Source: Eledone cirrhosa
Lineage: Eukaryota
NCBI GenBank assembly: GCA_964016885.1
Contig: OZ024765.1
Span: 12,152,001-12,216,000, forward strand
Direction of reading: 5' to 3'
DNA: 64,000 bases
The notes below the pieces were generated by a model. That model saw nothing but the letters and a program-made list of their open reading frames with translations, did no database searches and was not told the origin of the DNA. Below, in pieces: positions 53,175 to 64,000 of the stretch. The translations under genes were made by a program, and so were the position numbers. How positions within the stretch are numbered: the first letter of the stretch is position 1; every line of letters starts with the position of its first letter.

Positions 53175-54327
53175 TCACTTACACCTCTCTAAGACAATGA
53201 CACTGGATCGAGACCTTTGGTGTCATGCAGTTGTACAGAAGACCCACCTTCCCTTGCATACAAACTTAAACCTGGAGTCAGTAGGCACCTCTTAACCCAA
53301 CATACAACCCCACCCCACACACCCTACCCCATCCTCCCGTCTCCATCCACTGTGTAGGTTACACAACAAAAAACACCCAGTCCACACTGTAAGGTGGTCA
53401 TGTAGGAGACACGGTAAAAAGGCTCCCAGTCCACACTGTAATGAGGTCGTGTAGGAGACACGGTAAAAAGGCTCCCAGTCCACACTGTAATGAGGTCGTG
53501 TAGGAGACACGGTAAAAAGGCTCCCAGTCTACACTGTAACGAGGTCGTGTAGGAGACACGGTAAAAAGGCTCCCAGTCCACACTGTAATGAGGTCGTGTA
53601 GGAGACACGGTAAAAAGGCTCCCAGTCCACACTGTAATGAGGTCGTGTAGGAGACACGGTAAAAAGGCTCCCAGTCCACACTGTAAGGTGGTCATGTAGG
53701 AGACACGGTAAAAAGGCTCCCAGTCTACACTGTAACGAGGTCGTGTAGGAGACACGGTAAAAAGGCTCCCAGTCCACACTGTAATGAGGTCGTGTAGGAG
53801 ACACGGTAAAAAGGCTCCCAGTCCACACTGTAATGAGGTCGTGTAGGAGACACGGTAAAAAGGCTCCCAGTCCACACTGTAAGGTGGTCATGTAGGAGAC
53901 ACAGTAAAAAGGCTCCCAGTCCACACTGTAAGGTGGTCATGTAGGAGACACGGTAAAAAGGCTCCCAGTCCACACTGTAATGAGGTCGTGTAGGAGACAC
54001 GGTAAAAAGGCTCCCAGTCCACACTGTAAGGTGGTCGTGTAGGAGACACGGTAAAAAGGCTCCCAGTCCACACTGTAAGGTGGTCATGTAGGAGACACGG
54101 TAAAAAGGCTCCCAGTCTACACTGTAACGAGGTCGTGTAGGAGACACGGTAAAAAGGCTCCCAGTCCACACTGTAAATGTGGTTGGTGTTAGGAAGGCCG
54201 CCCAGCTGTAGAAAACCTGCCAGAGACAGTCCTCTACCAGCGAGACACGGTCTCCATTCCTGCATCAAATGGAACAAAACCATCTAACCCATGCTAGCAT
54301 GGAAGATGGATGTTAAATAATGATGAT
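53175..54327 (+). mobile_element. RTE-2 3' fragment with a 49 bp minisatellite expansion (about 16 units, 53380-54175)
   Basis: cccagtccacactgtaatgaggtcgtgtaggagacacggtaaaaaggct repeats inside an RTE-2 3'UTR. Confidence 0.9.
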
Positions 54328-54670
54328 ATATAAAACTGTACAAGCAGTAGAACTTACATACATACAAACCCATACTAAAAAAATCATCACCAGAACATAT
54401 ATATATACACATGAACTAGTTTAAAATCACAGTTTACACCTTCTAACATTAAATAAATTTGTATATAAATATGTTGGAAAACATATATGTACTTATATAT
54501 GTGTTCATTGTATATACAGCTTTAAAGAAATGTATACATGTACTTAAAATTATTTGCATACAGGTACATATACACAAGTATGTATGTATATGTATATGCA
54601 TATACATACATACTTGTGTATATGTGCCTGTATGCAAATAATTATATTTGTGTATTTAAGTATTTGCATG

Positions 54671-54714
<44 letters not shown>

Positions 54715-54801
54715 TAACTGTATTTATATATACATATATATATATTTATATATATACATATATATATGCGTGTGGGGGTGCATACACATACATATATACA
54801 T

Positions 54802-54832
<31 letters not shown>

Positions 54833-54903
54833 CATACACATATATATATATATATACATACACACACACATATATATATATATACATACACATATATATA
54901 CAT

Positions 54904-54944
<41 letters not shown>

Positions 54945-55022
54945 CACATATATATATATATCCAAACCCATGCAAGCGTGGAACACGGACGCTAAACCTG
55001 ATGATGATGATGATGATGATAT

Positions 55023-55056
<34 letters not shown>

Positions 55057-55178
55057 ATATATACATACACATATATATATATATACATACACATATATAT
55101 ACATACACATATATATATATATACATACACATATATATATATACATACACACACATATATATACATACACATACACAC

Positions 55179-55211
<33 letters not shown>

Positions 55212-55610
55212 ATATATGAATGTATTTGCACATAAAAATACATGTGTGTGTATATATGTGTATGTACATATATACACATATCTAAGTATACACATATATG
55301 AATATACATATTCATGTGTACGTCTCTTACTATATTATCTTTTAGAAAACATGGCTGAATAGCTCTGCTGGATATTTGGAAATTTTTTTCATTGCATATT
55401 TCATCTGACTTCAATTCATTCTATTTCCCCCACATTGGAACTAACCCCAATTCCCTAGACCCAACCCCAGCAAAAATAAGATAAAGCCCTTGTTAACAAG
55501 TAACCCCACACCATCAAAGAACCCCCTCACCTCCTAAAAAACCCAATAACTTGTTTTTGTTACTACCTTCACTGCTGTCATAAAAAACCATGTTTTTCCT
55601 TGCTTTCACC

Positions 55611-55646
<36 letters not shown>

Positions 55647-55655
55647 CATGGGGGG

Positions 55656-55706
<51 letters not shown>

Positions 55707-56050
55707 ATATGTATGTATATATATATGTGTGTGTGTCTGTGTGTGCATATATGTATGTCTCTATACATATATATATATATATGTGTGTGTGTGTGTATCT
55801 ATATGTATGCCTATATATATATGAAATATATATATATATATATATATATATAATAGAATTAGAATTTAGCTTTGAGTATAGCTGTATACAGATATGTATT
55901 GGAATTTCGTATTTCTAAAGAAATATGGTATGTTTATAAATAAACATTTAGAGAGCTGTAGCTATACAAAAGCACTATTATTATTCGATATACATCTCAT
56001 GAATGCATTTACGTATCCGCTATGTTTGAGTGAAAAACCAAATTTTAACC

Positions 56051-56342
56051 CAGTCATGGGCAACTTCCGGTCCGCGAAGCTTTCTGAATAGCTCGCCTAT
56101 GTCACCTAAGTGAAATCTTTCTGATTTTTTTACTCAAAATTTTCAGTCTTAATTTATCTTTCTACCGTTTTTACAATCGAGGAAAACAATGTGTACGAAT
56201 TCTGAAGAAACAAATCAAAACAACCTGAGTTACTGCCCCTTTTTTTTATGTGGGGCACGAATGTAAATTAGTGCTTGTGGCCCACCTGATGATGAGCCCT
56301 ATCTCATGCGGCCTGCTTCTCGAAAAAGGTCACCCATGCCTG
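56051..56342. mobile_element. Probable hAT (Charlie-like) MITE, decayed
   Basis: Ends CAGTCATGGGCAAC / GTCACCCATGCCTG; 8 bp flanks ttttaacc / ttctaaat only partly match. Confidence 0.5.
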
Positions 56343-56497
56343 TTCTAAATTATATATCAACAGTCAATCAACAAGATCCCAGACCTCGTCAAATTGGACC
56401 GAGGAAACGATGTTTCCATTGTCTTTCCATTGCTGATACCATCTACAAGTCACATGTGAATCCAATTCTCTAACCACTCAGCCACGTGACTTCACCA

Positions 56498-56606
<109 letters not shown>

Positions 56607-56633
56607 TATATATAAATATATATATATATAAAT

Positions 56634-56670
<37 letters not shown>

Positions 56671-56693
56671 AATATATAAATATATATATAAAT

Positions 56694-56750
<57 letters not shown>

Positions 56751-56759
56751 AATATATAA

Positions 56760-56792
<33 letters not shown>

Positions 56793-56831
56793 AATATATA
56801 AATATATATATAAATATATATATATATAAAT

Positions 56832-57266
<435 letters not shown>

Positions 57267-57361
57267 ATATACATGTACATATGGTTTCCAAAACATAGAT
57301 ACTTGTAAACTGTGTATGTGTTTTTGTGTATCATTAACTGTGTGTATGTCTTTATGTTTGT

Positions 57362-58310
57362 GCAGATATGTCTTTATATGTGAGTGTATGTCTTTATATG
57401 TAAGTGTATGTCTTTATATGTGAGTGTATGTCTTTATATATGAGTGTATGTCTTTATATATGAGTGTATGTCTTTATATGTGAGTGTATGTCTTTATATG
57501 TGAGTGTATGTCTTTATATGTGAGTGTATGTCTTTATATATGAGTGTATGTCTTTATATATGAGTGTGTCTTTATATATGAGTGTATGTCTTTATATATG
57601 AGTGTGTGTCTTTATATATGAGTGTGTGTCTTTATATGTGAGTGTATGTCTTCATATATGAGTGTATGTCTTTATATATGTGTGTATGTCTTTACATATG
57701 AGTGTATCTCTTTATATATGAATGTATGTCTTTATATATGAGTGTGTCTTTATATATGAATGTATGTCTTTATATATGAATGTATGTCTCTATATGTGAG
57801 TGTATGTCTTTATATATGAGTGTATGTCTTTATATATGAGTGTATGTCTTTATATGTGAGTGTATGTCTTTATATGTGAGTGTATGTCTTTATATATGAG
57901 TGTATGTCTTTATATATGAGTGTATGTCTTTATATGTGAGTGTATGTCTTTATATATGAGTGTATGTCTTTACATATGAGTGTATCTCTTTATATATGAA
58001 TGTATGTCTTTATATATGAGTGTGTCTTTATATATGAATGTATGTCTTTATATGTGAGTGTATGTCTTTATATGTGAATGTATGTCTTTATATATGAGTG
58101 TATGTCTTTATATGTAAGTGTATGTCTTTATATATGAGTATATGTCTTTATATGTGAATGTATGTCTTTATATGTGAGTATGTCTTTATACATGAGTATA
58201 AGTCATATACGTGAGTATATGTCTTTATATATGAATGTATGTCTTTATATGTGGGTGTATGTCTTTATAAGTATACATATGTCTTCATATGTGAGTGTAT
58301 GTCTTCATAT
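57362..58310. repeat. 20 bp minisatellite (tgagtgtatgtctttatata)
   Basis: Direct inspection. Confidence 0.95.
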
Positions 58311-58470
58311 ATATATAACTCTCTTGTAATCTCTACAAGGAGCCCACATTCATTCATTCACCTTCTGCTAGATAAGTGGTTTCATATGAAATCCCAACCC
58401 TTCAATAATTCCTGTACTTTTCAATGCTAATCAAAGACTATAAATTGTGTTTCTATGTTTTTCTTATATG

Positions 58471-58502
<32 letters not shown>

Positions 58503-58535
58503 TATATACTATATATGTGTACATATCTATATGTG

Positions 58536-58566
<31 letters not shown>

Positions 58567-58572
58567 GTGTGT

Positions 58573-58611
<39 letters not shown>

Positions 58612-58654
58612 CACTATATATGTGTGCATATCTATATGTGTATGTATGTATATA

Positions 58655-58850
<196 letters not shown>

Positions 58851-58885
58851 CATATATATATACATATATATATACATATATATAC

Positions 58886-58974
<89 letters not shown>

Positions 58975-59775
58975 TATATACACACGCACACATGTGTATG
59001 CATGTTTGTATACATTACATCCAGAAAATGAGAGAAGAGAGGTAGAATAGATGGTGATAGACATTGCTAAGAAGCAGCTTTATTAGAATCAATGTCGATG
59101 TTTCAATCAGCAACAGTTAACATATATATTTGTGCTAAATGATTTTTCTTAAAGCCTCAACTAGCTTCAGACTGCAAGCAACATAAGGAATAAAAACTGA
59201 CAAACAATATAGAAAGAGAAAAATGAGACAAACAAACACACAAACAGTGTACGTCTCCACCTCACTTACCATTCATTCAAATCTTGGTAGATTTTTTAAA
59301 ATATTTGTTACATCATTCAACTGAAAGCAACAAGTAGGTTTATACTTGCTTTCACATAATCTTTCTCTATCTATCTATCTATCTATCTTGTAGGTTGAGG
59401 AAAAAGAGGAAGAGAGGAAAGGGGGTACAAACTCTTCGTACTCCTGGAGATGAGGGTTGCACATTTTTTTTTTCGGGGGTATGTGTTACCCATATGAACT
59501 GTCTCTCCCTATTGGGGAAAATCGACTAATTTTTTAAATTGCATTTGTGATAATATTTTACACGTTTTTATTGTATGTAAACTTCCCCCTTTGTATTTGT
59601 CCCCTTCTTTTGTGCCCCTGTGGCTAATAAAGAAATATATCTATCTATCTATCCATCTATCTGTGTCTAGTTATCTATCTATCGCCCATTTTTTCTTATT
59701 CTTGCTCATGTATCTATCTATCTATCTATCTCTTCATTAATCCATTCCATTTAAAGGTAAATAAATTTGTCTATA

Positions 59776-59848
<73 letters not shown>

Positions 59849-59983
59849 ATATATATAAAACAAAGAAAGTTGGTAAGAAACCAGGTGGAGCATAACGCAC
59901 CAGGGAAGTCGATACTTAGGGTATTAGAGTTGGGTTAGTTCGGATCTAGCTGTCGAAACAGCCATCTTGGTCCTGACTCTTTT

Positions 59984-60067
<84 letters not shown>

Positions 60068-60460
60068 TACATCAGCGAAAGCCGATGTGCTTATTCACAT
60101 GACTGCATCAACCAACCAAACTTCACTCATATATGAAAAAACAACCTGAGCCCCCCTTTTTTTGAAGGCAAATATAATAAAAACTTTGTAACGCGAACTG
60201 GCGCGAAATTTATTATACTTATTCACCAACCAGCCAAACACCAACCAGATGTGAGAAAAACCACAAACCCTCCATCTCAATTCTACTTTTGCAAAGCACA
60301 AGAACTGCAAAACCGGTAAAGGAACCAAATAAATATATTTAAAAAAAAAAAAGACTCCAGTTGCATTTTCGATTTCATCTTTTTTCCTTATACTTTCACT
60401 CGTGTAGGACGCGAGATATTAACTTACTATGAGGCTTTATACCTTTATAGTATGGAAATA

Positions 60461-60540
60461 GCTGTCTGAAGATCTAATTCTTTCCATTGGAAATTCTCTG
60501 AATTTCCAATCTTTTGATTAGTGAAACCGTCGGTAATAGC
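60461..60540 (+). ncRNA. Type I hammerhead ribozyme, second copy of the 28023 family (repeat about 60400-60625)
   Basis: GCTGT-CTGAAGA-T CTAATT...ATTGGAAATT(ctctg)AATTTCCAAT...GATTAG T-GAAA-CC GTC GG-TA-ATAGC. Confidence 0.92.
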
Positions 60541-60734
60541 AATAGAACATATGTGAATATTTAAATCGTTTTTTAATTTATTTAAAAGATTGTTTGATGA
60601 TTACTTGTTCCGCTCATTTTTATAGTTCTGGTATCTCAAATTAGTACCATCGAACCACAACTATTATAAATATTATGCATATTTCTTAGGTACTTAGTGC
60701 CTGTTGGAATATCCATACCCTTTTATATATATAT

Positions 60735-61065
60735 TCATTTCATTTCATTTCATTTTACATCCGCTTTTCCCTGCTTTCAAGGGTGGGACGGGAACTTATT
60801 CTGGCTTGATTTCTACAGCTGGATGCCCTTCCTAACACCAACCTCATTTGCAGTGAGTGCTGGGTGCTTTTTTGCCGTGGCACCTCCACGGCCACTTTGC
60901 AGTGGAATGATAGGGATCCCAGTCCCTATCATTTCTACAGCTGAGTAAACTGGAACAATGTGAAATAAAGTGTCTTGCTCAAGACAACACATCACCCGGT
61001 TTGAGAATTAAACTCACAACCTTTCGATTGCAAGGCTAATGCTCTAACCACTAAGCCATGTGGCT
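60735..61065 (-). mobile_element. SINE-A
   Basis: Consensus match. Confidence 0.9.
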
Positions 61066-61103
61066 CTAAATAATTAGAAAGTGAACAACACAAAATATAA
61101 CTA

Positions 61104-61171
61104 CTCCATTACCAAAGGTTTCTGGATAACAGACAACAATAATATACGTTTGGATCGGTCGTCAGATGGAG
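61104..61171 (-). ncRNA. Type I hammerhead ribozyme, irregular stem II
   Basis: Minus strand: CTCCAT-CTGACGA-(36 nt)-GAAA-CC TTT GG-TA-ATGGAG; perfect 6 bp stem I. Confidence 0.8.
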
Positions 61172-61335
61172 ATGTTATAGATAAAAGATATGAAATGAGA
61201 TATAAAATCTGTTGAAAATATATATATATAAGTTTTGCAAGAGATGTCAACATGAATGGACCTTATTTTCATCTAAAGACATTTTTTCCAATTCCATCCC
61301 GCCCGTCCCCTCAATCTATTTTATTTCTCATTCTT

Positions 61336-61371
61336 TCTTCTGATGAAGGACTAGCGTCCGAAACGTTAAGA
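61336..61371 (+). ncRNA. Minimal type I hammerhead (dimer-type, palindromic stem III), in dispersed repeat 61248-61458
   Basis: TCTT-CTGATGA-A GGAC TAGC GTCC-GAAAC-GTT-AAGA. Confidence 0.88.
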
Positions 61372-61458
61372 CCCTCTTCCTGCTATATCAAGCTTTAACC
61401 TAATATATACCTTCCATATACTGTACCGATTGTGTTGTTATTTCTGTTTACCTTTTAC

Positions 61459-61489
<31 letters not shown>

Positions 61490-61702
61490 TTTTGAGTGTA
61501 TGTTGGTTGTTTACCGACACCTCAGTATGCAGATTGGAGCACTCGATGAAGTACGCAGGTTGGTTTGGTTACTCCGGAGTAATGTAAAATAATTAAGTCA
61601 AATATTTAAAATTTGGCTTCGTTTATTAAAGATGTACTGCTATATATGACGGAGTAAAACACTTCAACAACATGTGTACCTGTCTCTACCACACCAATTC
61701 AG

Positions 61703-61759
61703 ACTGCCTGAAGAGGTCACAGTCAATGATGGCTGTCACCGAAATATATATATAGCAGT
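61703..61759 (+). ncRNA. Type I hammerhead whose stem III is an (AT)n run, within inverted repeat 61585-61810
   Basis: ACTGC-CTGAAGA-GGT C ACAGTC(aatgat)GGCTGT C ACC-GAAA-TATATATA-TA-GCAGT; perfect 63 bp arms 61585-61647 / 61748-61810. Confidence 0.9.
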
Positions 61760-62442
61760 ACATCTTTAATAAACGAAGCCAAATTTTAAATATTTGACTT
61801 AATTATTTTATATATACATATATATATTTATATATATATATATATATACACAAATATATACAAATATATATATATACACAGCCTGAGTGGGTATAGAAGG
61901 TACCATTCCAGATTACAGTTGCAGAATGTAAAGAATGGAAAGATGAAGCGAGAAAGATGAGGTAATGAACAGGTGAAAATATGAAGGAATGACAGATTAA
62001 AGGAATGGCAGAATGAAAGAATAAAAGATCGATGGATCTATAATATTATATACACCTGTGATTGGCAGGAACTGTTACCTGCATACATGTCTGTATCACT
62101 AAACTCTTGCGTCTTGTTTTGGGCTGTATGTGTGTGTGTGTGTGTGTGTTGTGGGCTGTGTGTGTGTGAGTGTGTTGTGGGCTGTGTGTGTTGTGGGTTG
62201 TGTGCGTATGTGTGTGTGTGTGTTGTGGGCTGTGTGTGTGTGAGTGTGTGTGTTGTAGGCTGTGTGTTGTTGGCTGTGTGATGTGGGCTGTGTGTGTGTG
62301 AGTGTGTGTGAGTGTGTGTGCGTGTATATGTATGTGTGTGTATGTATGTGTGTATGTGTGTGTGTGTGATTTTGTGGTGGGCATCAAATGCATTGTCTTA
62401 TATAGTGTTCATCATTTTGAATATATAGGTATGTATGTTTAC

Positions 62443-62475
<33 letters not shown>

Positions 62476-62556
62476 AATATATATATATACAAATATGTAT
62501 ATACACAAATATATATATACACAAATATATATATATATGTATTTATATATATATAC

Positions 62557-62632
<76 letters not shown>

Positions 62633-62664
62633 GTAAGTATTTATATATATATATAAATATTTAT

Positions 62665-62702
<38 letters not shown>

Positions 62703-62889
62703 GATATAAATCAAAATAAAATATATAAAACATATCCATATATATATATATATATCATCATCATTGTATGTGTATATATGTATATATATGTGTGTGTGTA
62801 TATATAGTAAGAAAGCAAAATTGTGAGGGATAAATAAATAAATAAACAGATAGAATGGTTGTAGATAAAAAGGAATATATATATATAAA

Positions 62890-63330
<441 letters not shown>

Positions 63331-63615
63331 TTACATCCAGTTTCCAAGCAGGCAGTAATAGTATATGTCGTGTCATCATGTTAAGAAACTAGATTTACCA
63401 GAGAACCATGGCTAACTTAAACATAATCCATATTTAGCATGGTTTCTACAGCTGCCTGACCTTCCTAATGCCAACCACTTTACAGAGTGTACTCAGTGCA
63501 TTTTATCATATTCTTGGAGCCAGCACTTGAGAAGTAATCATGTGCTGATCAAAGCCAGAGTGTCTGTCTACTGACAAATTCCTTTGGTGATTTGTACACA
63601 GAGATATGTTTAGAC

Positions 63616-63700
63616 TAGGGGCATGCAACAAGCAGCCCGCGGGCCACAATCCAGCCCGCCAGACCAGTCAGAGTGGCATGCGATGACCATTTATAATTTT
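63616..63700 (+). mobile_element. hAT/Charlie-like terminal fragment
   Basis: gtttagac|TAGGGGCATGCAAC..GCCCGCGGGCCACAATCCAGCCCGCC. A similar end occurs at 4893 (atctagat|CAGGGGATTCAAAC). Confidence 0.45.
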
Positions 63701-63795
63701 TACTTTGTAGACTTACTTAGAAATTTTTCCATAACCGTAATACAATTTTCTGTTAGTTGACCTAAAAGTAGAAACAATTATATATATATATATGT

Positions 63796-64000
63796 GGAGG
63801 CACATGGCTTAGTGGTTAGAGCATTGGCCTTGCAATTGAAAGGTTGTGAGTTCAATTCTCAGACCGGGTGGTGTGTTGTTTCCTTGAGCAAGACACTTTA
63901 TTTCACATTGCTCCAGTTTACTCAGCTGTAGAAATGAGATGATAGGGACTGGGGTCCCTATCATTCCACTGCAAAATGGTTGTGGAGGTGCCACGGCAAA
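63796..64000 (+). mobile_element. SINE-A (runs off the window)
   Basis: Head and core. Confidence 0.9.

Noticed and set aside
56281-56336. CTGATGA...GAAA hammerhead-like motif
   Set aside because: Stems I and III do not pair; it overlaps the end of a probable hAT MITE.
62069-62128. Possible 45 nt minus-strand exon (ag...CAG|gtaac)
   Set aside because: No polypyrimidine tract and no recognisable protein; cannot be supported without RNA data.

Overview
AT-rich, microsatellite-saturated eukaryotic non-coding DNA; the SINE/LINE complement suggests an octopus or other coleoid cephalopod (inference). No host gene is supportable and almost all listed ORFs are artefacts of simple repeats. The only real long ORF is a 5'-truncated RTE LINE (29350-31893, minus) with a PHD finger. 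The window also holds two tRNA-derived SINE families, 3' fragments of a second RTE family, a TTAA/piggyBac-type MITE family, mariner/maT/hAT/CR1 remnants and several minisatellites derived from these elements. The main discovery is read by eye: about 17 loci (20 cores, about 11 unrelated sequence families) of type I hammerhead ribozymes (stem I-CUGANGA-stem II-GAAA-stem III-UH-stem I). They sit in short ORF-less elements that are mostly next to (TA)n tracts and are often arranged as palindromes with a one-sided tail, which suggests Penelope-like pseudo-LTR or retrozyme-like elements. One family shows compensatory covariation in stem II, and five families share an unusual U-U pair at the base of stem II. 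Coordinates were counted by hand and may be off by a few bases.
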